Below are positions 12,882 through 27,004 of a DNA stretch of 64,000 nucleotides, one piece after another; positions within the stretch are counted from its first letter, which is position 1; every line of letters starts with the position of its first letter. Made by a program: the position numbers and the translations under genes. Source of the DNA: Octopus vulgaris (Eukaryota); the NCBI GenBank assembly GCA_951406725.2, contig OX597819.1:53444001-53508000 (forward strand), given 5' to 3'. Below the pieces are notes generated by a model that worked only from the letters and a program-made list of their open reading frames with translations, searched no databases and was not told the DNA's origin.

Positions 12882-14744
12882 ATGAATTATAATTTTCATC
12901 TGTTCTCATTGTACAATGCTTATTTTGAAAGTTTTTTTGTTTTTCAAAGTGAGCCCAAATGACTTAAGTCTAGCATATTATTGAAGTTAAAATAATAAAA
13001 ACTGCCTCAGTTACAACTGTTAATAGTGTGGTATCAAAGTAAAGTAAACTTTGTCCAATTCACTAATTTTGTTTTTGTACCAATGTCAGAGAGATGTAAT
13101 GACTGGACACTCATGTTTCTTTAACACTGTTAATGATGTAAGATATTTGATAACATAAAAGACGTCCAATCATATTAGACAACCCCTAAAACTTCAACAA
13201 TGCATATTTAAGATAGAAAGTTTTTAGCACATTGAAAGCATGTAATATCAGGAGAAATTTAGTTTATGGGAGGAACAACTTCACATACAGGACCTGGGGA
13301 GATTTTTTTAAAGATATTTCAGTGCATATTCAGGGAAAAAAAAAATTATAATGCATTAAAGCATATAATATTGGTTTCAAATTTTGGCACAAAGCTAGCA
13401 AATTTGGGGAGGGGGTAAGTCAATTAAATCAACCCCAGTACTCAACTGGTACTTATTTTATTGACCCCGCAAAAGCATGAAATGCAAAGTCAACCTAGAT
13501 GAAATTTGAACTCAAGATGTAAAGCCAGATGATATGATGCTAAATATTTTTCCTGGTGTGCTAACAATTCTGCCAGCTCACCACCTTATGGAGGCATATA
13601 AATATTGGGACGACTTTTACATACAGGATCAACTTCGCGTATAGGATGTTTTAAGGCTTCTTTTTTTCTTTTTTTTTTGGAGGGAAAATAGTGTATCTTA
13701 TATGCCATCTAATACAGTAATTGAAAACAAATTCAGCTGAGAAAATTATAAACTAGACTGATGGACTCGATTAGCCAAGAAATTATTTCAGCACCGGCAT
13801 TCACAAAGGGAGATTCTAACAATACATTGACAGAGAGGTTTTCAATTTAAACCTGAAAAACATACAGTGCTTTTAAACATTTCCCAAGCCACTTGAGTTT
13901 ATATTTTAACCTTTTAACTATATAGTTTAATGTTCTTTAAGATAAATGGAAGTGGTTACAGGAAAATTGTAACGAAACTAAGAATAAAGCCGAAGAACTG
14001 TGTTATCAGATATATTTCCACAGACATACAAACATACATAAAAAAAGAAGTTATCTGCATCTATTTATCATCAGTTCTTATGTAAGAGAATTCCAATTCA
14101 ATACTGAAAGTGATCGAGTTAAGTAGATAAAGTATTAGAGCATCATCAGCGAAGATCTATAGTTGAAATCTACCGCAGGCATTTTATAGAATCTCTGGAC
14201 ACAACTCTCATGTCTACATCTCTTTGTTCACCTAGCTACCTAGCTATTGGCAATAGTTATCAAAACATTCAAGAAATATTAGCTGCAATAGGCAAACAAC
14301 CTCACAGGTACGGCTGCTTGGATAAGGCAGTTGCTTCACAACCACAGGGGTTCCAGTTTGAATACATTGTGTGATACCTCGAGCAAGAATTTTCAACTGT
14401 AGACTTGCATTGGCCAATGCCTTCAAAGAGGAATTTAATAGATAGATACAGAGTAGATATACATCATTTGCGTGTGTGTGTATGTGTGTATTTTTCCATA
14501 TCTAAATTTATCTGAATAATCAATAATTTTGAAACTTCATTTCAAATACATAACTTAGTAATTTGGTAAGTAGACAATGATTAAAAAAGAGTGGGGATCT
14601 GTTATGATTAACTAGAACACTGAAACAAAAGCCCTTACATGATCACAGTCCAATGGCTAAAACCTCTAAAAGTAGCATTTTATAGTCTTTGAACAAAACA
14701 GTTCTACATTTTTTGCTGATTTGGCAACTAGCAATTGTTACCAA

Positions 14745-17135
14745 ATCATCATCATCGTTTATTGTCCGTTTTCCACGCTAGCACGGGTTGCACGGTTCGA
14801 CCGGGGTCTGGGAAGCCAGGGGCTGCACCAGGCTCCAGTCTGATCTGGCAGTGTTTCTACAGCTGGATGCCCTTCCTAACACCAACCACTCCGCGAGTGT
14901 AGTGGGTGCTTTTTACGTGCCACCTGCACAGGTGCCAGGGGAGTCCAGCATTGGCCACGATCGGTTGGTGCTTTTAATGTGTCACCGGCACGGAAGCCAG
15001 CCAAGGCGGCGCTGGCATCGGCACGTTCGGATGGTGCTTTTTATGTGCCACCGGCACAGAAGCCAGTCGAGGCGGCGCTGGCATCGGCCTTCGTTCGGAG
15101 GGTGCTTTTTATGTGCCACTGACACAGAAGCCAGTCGAGACGGCGCTGGCAACGGCCACATTCGGATGGTTCTTTTGGCATCGGCCACGTTCGGATGGTG
15201 CTCTTTATGTGCCACCAGCACAGATATCACAACTACTATTTCCATTGATATTTATTTCGATATTCATGTACTTGACTCAACAGGTCTCCTCAAGCACAGC
15301 GGGATGTTCTGGAATCCAAGGTACTTTAAATGGGTAAGGGCTATGCAGAACTGAGGCAGGGGCTATGCGGAACTGGTGCAGAAAGCAGCCCGGGTCTTTG
15401 CAGTCACAGCATATCTCCAGAGATCTCGGTCCTTCGCCATTGCCTCAGTGAGGCCCAACACTCTGAGGTCATGCTTGACTACCTCATCCCATGTCTTCCT
15501 GGGTCTACCTCTCCCCCTGATACCTTCAACTGTTTGGGAGTGGCACTTCTTCACACATCTCTCCTCATCCATCCGCAGTACATGACCATATCATCGCAAG
15601 CGTCGCTCTTGCACACCGCATCTGATGCTTCTTATGTCCAGCATTTCTCTCAGGGTGCTTACCCTCTGTCGTGCGCACACACTGACATTACACATCCAGC
15701 GGATCATGCTAGCTTCATTCCTTTCAAGTCTACGCATGTCCTCTGCAGTCACAGCCCATGTTTCACTACCGTGAAGCATGGCGGTTCACACACATGCGTC
15801 ATACAATCTACCTTTCACTTTGAGAGAGAGAGACCCTTTGTTGCCAGTAGGGGTTAGGAGCTTTCTGAACTTTGCCCAGGCTATTCGTATTCTAGTGGTG
15901 ACACTCTCTGAGCATCCACCTCCAATACTAACTTGGTCACCCAGGTAGCAGAAACTATCAACTACTTCTAGTTTCACCCCCTGGAGTGTGATGGAATCTG
16001 TTTTCTGAGTATCTGTGGTGTCTATTGTCCCTGTGCATCTGCTGCACATGAAAGCTATCTTATCAGTTAATTTCCCTTTGATGTTGCTGCACCTCTTATG
16101 CGTCCATAGCTTACACTGGGTGCATCTTATGGAGTTCCTACCTACACCTTTCCTACAGATCGAGCAGGGCCACCTGCCTGAGGGGGTGTGTGCTGAGTTC
16201 GCCTTTCTGCTTACTATAACTTTGGTCTTTGCCTCATTTACTCTAAGGCCCTTTGATTCTAACCCTTGCTTCGACACCCGAAATGTCTTTTCTAGTTCCG
16301 GTAGTGATTCTGCTATGAGAGCCAGGTCATGAACATAGAGGAGCTCCCAGGGGCAACCTGTTTTGAATTCCTCTGTTATTGCCTGGAGGACTATGATGAA
16401 TAAAAGGGGACTGAGGGCTGAGCCTTGGTGTACACCTACTTCTACCCGGAAATCTTCACTATATTCGTTGCCAATCCTAACCTTGCTGACAGCCTCTCTG
16501 TATAGGGCCTGTACAGCCCTTATTAGCCATTCGTCAATCGCCAGTTTCCGCATCAACCACCAGATAAGGGATCGGGGGACCCTGTCAAAGGCTTTCTCCA
16601 AGTCCACAAAAGCTATGTAGAGGGGTTTATCTTTAGCTAGGTACTTCTCCTGCTGTTGTCGGACCAGGAATATAGCATCAGTGGTGCTTCTACCCGGCAC
16701 AAAACCGAACTGCATCTCATCTAAGCAAATTCTCTCCCTAATGAGATGGGTTATGACCCTCTTTGTGACCTTCATCACCTGATCCAACAGTTTAATACCC
16801 CTGTAGTTATTTCTATCTAGAGCATCACCCTTACCCTTGTAGCAGTTGACTATGGTGCTGCTACGCCAGTCATTGGGTATGACTCCATTATGAACTACCT
16901 GGTTTACAATGCGGGTGACTAGGCCATAGCCCACATAGCCAGCTGTTTTAAGCATCTCAGCAGTGATTCCTGATGGGCCGGGAGCTTTACCTGGTTTCAT
17001 ACCCTTAATTGCCTTAACTACAAGGGAACTGTCTATTCGGATAGCTGGTCCCTCTACTGGGTCAACATTTGGCAGGCTCTCCTCCTCCCATTCATTCTCC
17101 ACATTCAGCAGTCTTTCATAATGGCTTCTCCAAGC
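14745..17135 (-). mobile_element. 5'-truncated, inactivated RTE-clade LINE (RT, Cys-finger insert, C-terminus, 3' UTR, (GAT)n tail)
   Basis: ORFs 15786-17102, 15591-15779 and 15363-15572 carry KAPGPSGI, NYRGIKLL, QFGFVPGRSTTDAIF, FVDLEKAFDRV, GVHQGSALSPLLF and RGRGRPRKTW. Catalytic YADD reads YVHD; stops after YDACV and RRLR. Confidence 0.93.
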
Positions 17136-17254
17136 AAATGTCAGTCATTATTCCTGACTCCCTTAATTTTAGCAATTAGAATTACTGTCATGATGCAGCA
17201 CCACCATGTTTTTTAATACTCAAAACACATACACAATTTTTTGGAGGTTATGGT

Positions 17255-17988
17255 TTATTGGAATTTGTATCCTTGTGGTACCAGTGCCGGTGGCACATAA
17301 GAAAACCATCCGATCGGGACCGTAGCCAGTACCGCATCGACTGGCCCCATGCTGTGGGCACGTAACAAACACCATCCGATCGTAGCCGTTCGCCAGCCTC
17401 GTCTGGCACCTGTGTCGGTGGCACATAAAAAACACCATCCGAGCGTGGCCGTCTGCCAGCCTCGTCTGGCACCTGTGTCGGTGGCGTCAAATCGAATCAA
17501 ATCAAATAGATGAACATCAATGGAATTTGTATCCTTGTGGTACCAGTGCCGGTGGCACATAAGAAAACCATCCGATCGGGACCGTAGCCAGTACCGCATC
17601 GACTGGCCCCGTGCTGTGGGCACGTAACAAACACCATCCGATCGTAGCCGTTCGCCAGCCTCGTCTGGCACTTGTGTCGGTGGCACATAAAAAACACCAT
17701 CCGAGCGTGGCCGTCTGCCAGCCTCGTCTGGCACCTGTGTCGGTAGCACATAAAAAACACTATTCGAGCGTGACCGTCTGCCAGCCTCGTCTGGCACCTG
17801 TGTCGGTGGCACATAAAATCACCCACTACACTCTCGGAGTGGTTGGCGTTAGGAAGGGCATCCAGCTGTAGAAACACTGCCAGATCTGACTGGCCTGGTG
17901 CAGCCTTCGGGCTTGCCAGACCCCAGTTGAACCGTCCAACCCATGCTAGCATGGAAAGCGGACGTTAAACGATGATGATGATAATGAT
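17255..17988 (+). mobile_element. RTE 3'-UTR-derived element plus partial tandem duplicate (about 17255-17485)
   Basis: Near-identical reverse complement of 5888-6315; the ORF track gives the same conceptual translation over the shared part. Confidence 0.88.
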
Positions 17989-18019
17989 ATATATACATAA
18001 ATAAAAGGTAAAGTGTGAA

Positions 18020-18345
18020 GACCCACTTTGGTAATAAATGACCATAGGAATGCACCTAGGAAGTTCCCCTGCGAGGCACAAGTCCAGGAAAGGTTATTTA
18101 TGGAAAACAGCAGTTGCCCATGCATTTCAGCTTCCCCTCTCCAAACCACCGATGTTATCCAAGGGAAAGACAAATGCTGAAGCAGCTTGACACCAGTGAT
18201 GTCACAACTCATTTTCACAGCTGAGTGAACTGGAGCAACATGAAAATAAAGTGACTTGCTCAAGAACACAACACACAGCCCGGGCCAGGAATTGAACTAC
18301 CTCATGATTGTGAGCCCAATGTTCAAACCACTAAGCAATGCACCC
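18020..18345 (-). mobile_element. tRNA-derived SINE family C; pieces near 2500-2750, 7680-7810, 10380-10650 and 37327-37457
   Basis: Reverse complement head gcttagtggtttg...gttcaattcctgg..gtgttcttgagcaagtcac recurs in the window. Confidence 0.7.
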
Positions 18346-21300
18346 AAACGCCCACCCACACACACACACACACACACATACTACACTACATAGGCATAGG
18401 TGTGGCTAAGAAGCTTGCTTGCCAACCACGTGCTCTCGGTACTTCCAGTGCATGGTACTTAGGGCAAATATCATCAATTATAGCCACTGGTCAACCAAAG
18501 GCTTGTGACTGAATTTGGTAACTGGAAAGTGAAAGAACCTCATTCTGTATGTATACACTTGACATCATGTGATATAAGCAGTATTGGTTGTTTCCACTCT
18601 TCCTTAAAAAAGCATGTCTGGTCATGGAAAAATATTACCTTGCTTGGAAACAGGTGAGGATTGGCAATAGGAGGGGCATCCAGTCATAGAAAATCTGCCT
18701 CATCAAATTCCATCTGATCCATGCAAGCATGGAAAAGTGAATGGATAATGATGGATATCATTGATGTGGAAACTGAATTGTGAACTTTGTTTCTTTCTGT
18801 ATCCTCCTTGCTATAATTATAATATTTTATAATGTAACAATATCTGGATAATAGAACATTTTGCAAAATTAGCTTCTGTATGATTAAAGTTGGATTTTTT
18901 TAATGTTATTGTTGTAAAACAAGGTTATGGAATATTTGTGAAATGCTGTCCAGGGAAAAGGTATGCAAGGCTGAAAATGTTGAGAAGCAATGCTATACAA
19001 GCCTGATGCACTTTTACATGTGTATGTGTGCATATGTGAGTGTGTGTCTATACTGCAATAGATGTCAGGAGACAAGATGTCTTGATTCCTCAACTCATAC
19101 ACACTTGCTATTGTTGTGAGACCCTCACTTCCACCCTGATTGAATACCCCTATGCAAAGTGAAAGGTGTTCTAGCCAAGAGCACCCTATTTATATATATC
19201 AATACTATACTGTCCAATATGTCTGGGGTTCCCCACCTCCGTACTCAAAAGACAGGAGCACGTAATTCAAGATATCAGATTGCTATTCTATCAGGACAGG
19301 GAACTGCACAGAGCAGAGCTCATCAACAGGCGGGCCACAATCCACATTTGTAATACTGTGGTGTTTTCCATGGGCCTTGAACCTTTTCTAAAAATTTTCG
19401 TATTTAATCTATTTCTGGGCCAATCAGAAGTTGAAAGCTTTTAAATAGTCTTTTGTGTCATGATTTGTTTAATAGGGCAATATGTAGGGATAGTTTTATA
19501 TTTTATCTATTACTTGCTTCAGTCATTGGACTCTGCCCACCCTGGGACACCACCCTGAAGGGTTCAGTCAGTCAAATTGATCCTAGTACATATTTTTTTT
19601 CCAGTCTGGTACTTTTTCTAATGGTGTCTTTTGCTAAACTGCTCAGTTAAGAGGACGCAAACAAACCAACACTAGTTATCAGACAGCAAGGGGGAACAAA
19701 TACAACCACATACAACAGGCTTCCACAGTTTCCAGCTACCAAATTCACTCACATGGTATTGGTAGGCCTGGGGATATAGTTAAAAAAAAAAATTGTCCAT
19801 GGGACTGAACCCAGAAACATGTGGGACTGAACCCAGTGTGGGACTGAACCCAGAAACATGTAGTTGCAAAGCAATCTTCTTAACCATACAGCCATGCTTA
19901 TAATACAGATGTGGAGTATGGGGGAAATGTTAAAAAAGAAACAAAAAACATCCATAAGCGGGTTATTACAAAAACAATGGTCGATCCCTAGCATAGAGGT
20001 TCTCTTACAAGCTCTTGAAGGCATTCAAACTTAGGGTACATAGTGTTGTGGCAAAGCAGAGAGATTGGTGTTAGTTAACCAGTTGTCTAGACTCGACTAT
20101 CTATCTAGATTGTACCGACAAGAGCAAAAGAATTAAGATTCTAGTGTCTGAGCAACCAGACATTTTTACATAATTTATCTTACAGATAGACAGACAGAGA
20201 TACTGTTTCTACAAACATGAACACACACACACAACTACACATCTACTTGATTGCACTATTCTGGTAAGTAAATTACAGCTTCTTCGTCTTAATTAAATAA
20301 TTATTTTATTTAATTACTGTTGAATCAAATAAAATAATTTAATTCACCAAACAAATTGTATATACCCACTGACAGTAGTTATAGCACAGTATATATGGTG
20401 TTTTTATTAGTCCTTTTCACACTTTCTTAAGCAATGATTTTATCTCAAAGTTTGTGACTACAAGACTGTATTTGTGGAGAATTTTTTTCAGTCCACAATT
20501 TCTGTAATACATATATTACTGAAAACATCAATGATGTACACTGTTGGAAAGCAATAATGAAAGTTTTGATTATTTCAAAAACTTTCAAAGTCATACAGAA
20601 AAATTTTTCCTTTTGTCCATTCATTCTTCCTTCCCTTTTTTCTTGATTTCTTCTTTTCTCTCATTCATTCTTTCATTCGTTCACCTTTTCTCAGAGTGTG
20701 GCTGTGTGGTAAGAAACTTGATTCACAACCATACAGTTCCAAATTTAGTCCCACTACATAGCACCTTGAGAATGTTTTCTGCTACAGCTTCAGGCCTGAC
20801 CAAAGCCTTGTAAGTGAATTTAATAGATAGAAACTGAAAGAATCCCATTTGTGTGTGTGTGTGCATGCATACCCTTGTTTTGACATAGCATGATGGTTGT
20901 AAACAAGAATTTCCATCATACAAGCATAGTTTCTTCCTCTCTTTCCTCCATCCACCTACTCCCTACAAATTCCAAAGGCCCTTTAAAATATCACAGCTGC
21001 TGGCCTTCCTCATCTAACTAAGAAATAAGACTTTTTTTTTATTTCCAGCTTCAGGCACAGTTATTTGGAAGTACAAAGTACAGTTGATTAAATCAACCTC
21101 ACTACTTATTTTTATCAAAACCAGAATGATGAAAGACAAAATTGATGCTAGTAAAATTTGGTCTCAGAGCAAATAGGAATATAATTCAAATAATAGTAAT
21201 ATTAATATCAACTAAGAATAGATGCAGACATGGCCATGTTGTTAAGAAGCTTGCTTCCCAACTATGTAGTCTCCAGTTCAATCCACAGCATGGCATCTTA

Positions 21301-22691
21301 ATCAAGTATTTTCTATTACAGCCTCAACTGAACAAAGTTTTGTGAGTAGATTTGGCAGACAGAAACTGAAAGATGCCCTTTGTATACATATGTATATGGG
21401 TTTGTGTGTACCTTAGTCATGACATCATGTAGTGATTGCAAATGAGAATCATGGTCAGGTTTTTGCTTTCAGACATGCATGAAAAACATGTCTAGTTATG
21501 GGGAAATATTACCTTGCAGGGAAACAAGCAAAGGTTAGTGACAGGAAGGGCACCGGGCCATGGAAAACAAATTCTGTATGACCCATACAAGCATTGAAAA
21601 GTGGACATTAAATAACAATGATGATGAACAACCACAATACTCATGATAATCTAGCAGGATTAATTATTGCAGCATTAACAATAATTATTTCCAACATTGG
21701 CTCAAAGCCAAAAATGTTGGCAGAAGATGCTGTTGATTGAATGAACCACAGTATATTACTGATACTGAATTCACAAACACTAGAAGAAAAAAAATGGTAA
21801 AATCTTCCCTGATGCAATTTTAGAAGCTGAAAATGTGAGATAACTAAATATTACAAAATACCGATAATTAACAACACCAATATTAATAATAATAATAACA
21901 ACAAGAACAGCAGATATAATAAATCATTTGGAATATTCACAAAATTGTAATAATGAATACGATAAAATTAATCCATCATCAGTCATATCATCACTAGCAA
22001 TTAGTCAAACAGCTCCATACTCTTAATTTCATGCTATGGACAAAGGAAAAGAAAAAGAGAAGCATTTCATTAGAATACAGAACTGATGGACTAATTTACA
22101 CGCCTCCTACACACATGCACACACACAATTAATACGAATGAATGCATGACTAAACAACAAAGCAGAAAGTAAAAGGTTGATGCACTCATCAGACAGACAC
22201 CTGCAGCCAAAAGAAGAAAATAGTCAAATAATAATAATAATAATGATAATAATAATAATAATAATAATAATAGACAGCTACCAAATATTCTCTGAGTTAT
22301 TAAAAATCAAATTCGAAAGAGAAGATAATTTTTAATCACGCTTTTTCTCCAGCACCTGACATTCTGTATTAAATTACAGAAAATTAATTAGGTGATGGTG
22401 GGATTCCTAACTCAATTATCTTGCAGAATATGACAAAAACAATAATCATGATTGAATGAGTTAGCAGGTGGGGGTGGGTGAGCTGGAAATGTTCAATTCC
22501 TATTGGAAAATAACAACGGAGGTCTTTTAATTTCTATGCTTCTTCCTCGCCGCCGCCACTACCACCCCCCAGGCTCATGCAACTGACAAAACGACCCAAG
22601 GGAGGTAACTACTATTTTCCCTATAGCCTGAAATAATTTGAACAAAATGAATGGCGAAAGAGGAAAGAAGAAAAAAATTCTTTTTCCTCTA

Positions 22692-22732
<41 letters not shown>

Positions 22733-23719
22733 AGCAACTTCAAAAAAATAAACATAAAGCGAAAACGAAGTAAATACACACAAAAACAAAATAGTCTTGA
22801 TAGAGATTATTTGTAGCATTTCAGTTTCATCTAAAATCAGTTTATCAATCCAATTAATGAGACGAGGGTAGCTGGTGGGAGATCAGAAAGCAAAAATCAT
22901 GAAAAGTATTAACTTGTTACTTAAAGACAGACTATTTTTTATACATTTATTCATGCAAGTGCCGAAAAGAGGTATTAAGCTTTCGGCAAACTGCGTCTGT
23001 GCTGCAAGTTCAATTCCTGGTCAGAGCATTTCAATTTAATTCAGTTCTGTTATTCTTCGCTCTCATGGTTTCTGATCTTAGTCAAAATAGCCAAGAGAGA
23101 AAGGAACACGGTCAGCCTAACTTGACTTTTGCATATATTATGAAGTGACCCACTATGTGGGCATGTAGCTCAATCCGCAAGAAATAACAGCTAACTTACT
23201 CTCAAATCACCTTCTGCCATCTTTACAAAAGGAAAATGTAATCTGAGATAAACTATATCTGAAAAGGTGAGATGATCATGGTTAGTATGTCTGATCATAA
23301 GTCTACTCAACCTGAACAACTAGGTTCAAGCAACTGTTTCAATATAAAGCTAGGGGCTACAGGACTATTTTCTATATGGCTAACCATAAACACACACAAC
23401 TGAGGCTTACAGAAAGACATTGAACTGTCAAAACCTGAGGCTTTTTTGCCAAACACAGTCATACAAACACAGAAATTACTAGCAAACATGGCTATGTGAT
23501 TAAGCCATTTGCTTCCCAAGCACATAGTTCAGGTTCAGTCCTATTGCATGGCACTTTGTGCAAGTGTCATCTGCTATAGCTCCTGGCCATTCAATTTGGA
23601 AGATGGAAACTGAAAGAAGCCTGTCATATAAATGTATATATGTATGCATGTATAAATGTATATATGTGTGTGTATGTATGTATGTATATATATATATATA
23701 TATATATACATACATACAT

Positions 23720-23777
<58 letters not shown>

Positions 23778-23778
<1 letters not shown>

Positions 23779-24770
23779 AGTGCCACACCCTAGCGGTTGA
23801 GGGAACCTATTGAAGAGGTAGACCCAGGAAGACTTGGAATGAGGTGGTGAAGCACGACCTTCGAACATTAGGCCTCACTAGTAACCAAGACCTTTGGAAA
23901 TATGCTGTGCTTGAGAAGACCCGGCAAGCCAAGTGAGACCATAACCCATGGCCTTTCCCAGGGGTGTAACCAGCTCACTTATGCATACCTTTCCTTCATT
24001 TGGACACTAAACTCTGCTTGTGAAGACCTATTGAGGCAAGTGAAATCGAAATCAAATTCAATGACTGGCATCTGTCCTAGTGGAGCACTAAGAGCACCAT
24101 CCGAGCATGATTGTTGCCTGAGCAGCTGATTGGCTTCCATGCAGGTGGCACATAAAAAAGCACCATTCCAGTGTAATCGTTATCAGAGTCACCTTGCTGA
24201 TGCTTGTGCCGGTGGCACGTGAAAAAACATTCGAGTGAGGTCATTGCCAGTGCTGCTAGACTGGCTCCTGTGCAGGTGGCACATAAAAAACACTATCTGA
24301 GTGTGGCCGTTGCCAGTACCACCTGACTGGCCCTCGTGCTGGTGGCACGTAAAAGCACCCACTACACTCTCGGAGTGGTTGGCATTAGGAAGGGCATCTA
24401 GCTGTAGAAACTCTGCCAGATCAGAATGGAGCCTGGTGCAGCCATCTGGTTCGCCTGTCCTCAGACAAATCGTCCAACCCATGCTAGCATGGAAAGCGGA
24501 CGTTAAACAAACAATGATATATGTGTATATATTTCGCCAGTACCACCTGACTGGCCCCCGTGCCAGTGGCACATAAAAAGCACCCACTACACTCTCGGAA
24601 TGGTTGGCATTAGGAAGGGCATCAAGCTGTAGAAATCTTGCCAGATCAGATTGGAGCTTGGTGCATCTTCCTACCTTGCCAGTCCTCTGTCAAACCATCC
24701 AACCCATGCCAGCATGGAAAGCGGACGTTAAACAATGATGATGATGGTGGTGATGATGATGATGATGATG
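23778..24770 (+). mobile_element. RTE LINE 3' fragment followed by a second tail copy
   Basis: RGRPRKTWNEVVKHDLRTLGL-encoding segment, then 3' UTR, then a duplicated tail at 24535-24770. Confidence 0.8.
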
Positions 24771-25752
24771 TATGCCTGGGTATGTAAATGTGTGTGATTG
24801 CATGTATGTTTTTGTCTTGACATTGTGTGAATGTTGTAAATAAGTGTTATTCATTTCCAATATTTTGCTGAAACAAGTTCAACCATGAAAAAATATTACT
24901 TTGCTTGGAAACAGATGAGGGTTGGTGACAGAAAAGGTATCAGGCTGTAGGAAAACTACCTCAATAAAGTGTCCAACTCAGGTGAATGTGGAAAAGTGGA
25001 TGATAAAAAGGTGATGAAACACTACCAGTCAAGTGATTTTCTGCTTGTCATTACTGTGTGTGTATGAGGAGGTATCGTGAAAGGCCTGGTTGAAGGCCCA
25101 ATTTTCCAATGTTCTTTTACAGGGCTTAGAAAAAAATTAAGGACTGCTACAATAAGTGTGTGAATCTGAGAGGAAAATATGTTAAATAAAATCTTAATTA
25201 ACTGATCCTCCTGTATTTTCTTTTACCCAAAGCCAGGAACTTTTCAGCACCACCTCGTGTGTGTGTGTGTTAATTTCACTCACAAAGCTATGATAGTAAA
25301 AGATGTGATGCACCAGCTCTAAGCACTAATCTCGTACTGTCCTCAAGAAACAGACATATCTATAATAATAAATGCCAAAATGAATTTCTGTGGGTCAGTG
25401 TGTCACACTTTAACCCCATCTCTCACTATTCAGTGACACTTCTTCTACTCTTGCGGGGGTGAGAGTAATAGTAGGCATAGAGACGGTGAGGGCAGTAGTA
25501 GATTGGCAGTTGAGATGGTAATAGAGTAATAGTAATAGTGAGTAGTAGTTGTGATAAAGGCAAGGCGACGGGGGTGGTAGTAGTAGCTAAGGTGGTCAAG
25601 CATGACGGTGATAGTGAGGGATGTGAAAGAGTGGTAATGGTGATGGGAGGAAAGGCAGTGCAGTCAAAGGTGTGGATGGTGGTGGCGTCAAAAGATTGAA
25701 TGGTGTGTATATGGCAATTGTGGTGATAGTGATGATAGAAAACAAACAACAG

Positions 25753-25801
<49 letters not shown>

Positions 25802-26062
25802 TTGTACTAACCCCCAAATGGGAAGACAAAAAGTGGTGTTTAACATGAAGCTTTGCAATAAGTTCCAAGTCAACAAATTATATCATTGTTTTGATTATAA
25901 TATATAATTGTTCATTGCTTGAAAAATATTGGTCAAGCTTAATAATTTAATATGTACTCAATGCATGAAGTGTCATTATTGGGCCAAAGGCCCAATGCAG
26001 AGCCCTCCACAGGAGCTAGCTTAAAAGACACCCTATTGGGCAGCTTTTAAGTTAGTATATAG

Positions 26063-26107
<45 letters not shown>

Positions 26108-26216
26108 ATATTTTTGCTATGCTAGCATGAATAATATAGTATTATTCACAGGGTTTCGCTAAGCACAATGAGGTTTTGATGGAATAATCAGAAAAGAAAA
26201 TATATCAACCACCTAC

Positions 26217-26346
26217 CTGTGCACAGGTTGTGATCACGCTGGCATGACACTTCATCCAATCACACAACACTTTAACAACATGGAGCAAGCCTTCGTTTTG
26301 AATTACTTCAATAACATGTTGTAAATGCAGACGGTCATTTTCATTC
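26217..26346 (-). CDS. SMG5: SMG5 exon (130 nt, phase 2/0)
   Basis: tttattcag|...|gtaggt; NENDRLHLQHVIEVIQNEGLLHVVKVLCDWMKCHASVITTCAQ (SMG5 EGLL..VKV..DW...CAQ motif). Confidence 0.93.
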
Positions 26347-26379
26347 CTGAATAAAACAAAATATATAATTTAGTTTATA

Positions 26380-26488
<109 letters not shown>

Positions 26489-26783
26489 ATACACACACAC
26501 CATGTTTATTCATGTGTAGGTCACACTGTATTTGATTTTGATTGATAAAACTTGGGTGAGACTTATACACGAGTGCATCTTGTAGACAAGTAAATACATA
26601 TATAATATCAAAATACAGAAAGAGATGAAAAGAGACCAAAAAGGGATACAGTGTGTGTGTGTGTGTGTGTGTAGTAAATGGTTCTTTATTATTCTTTAAG
26701 TAAATAAATGGAAAATTAGCAAAACAGGAACCTCCTTGTTTTAAAGTACCACATATGATTTTTTATGTTATGGTAGTGTTTAA

Positions 26784-27004
26784 CCCTTTAGCATTTAAAC
26801 CGACCATATCCGGCCAAAAGTATTCTGCCTGTTTTATGTTCAAACTGGCCATACCTGGTCTCTCACACCAACCCTACAATGTCGTTTTAAAAATGAACAG
26901 CTACCTCATCAAAATCTTATGGCTACAAGATAATCCATGATTAGTTCAAAACAAAGTGGATGAAAAAGCATTAATTTTGGAAGAATAATGCGAACACTAA
27001 AGGG
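26784..27004. mobile_element. piggyBac-type MITE; related copies at about 812-1028, 3730-3922 and 60420-60643
   Basis: TTAA-CCCTTTAG...CTAAAGGG-TTAA terminal inverted repeats with TTAA target duplication. Confidence 0.8.

Noticed and set aside
15786-17102. 438-aa RT ORF as an active retrotransposon
   Set aside because: Catalytic motif mutated to YVHD, downstream stops, and no endonuclease domain.
19801-19861. Triplicated gggactgaacccag
   Set aside because: Local slippage duplication within a SINE B-box.
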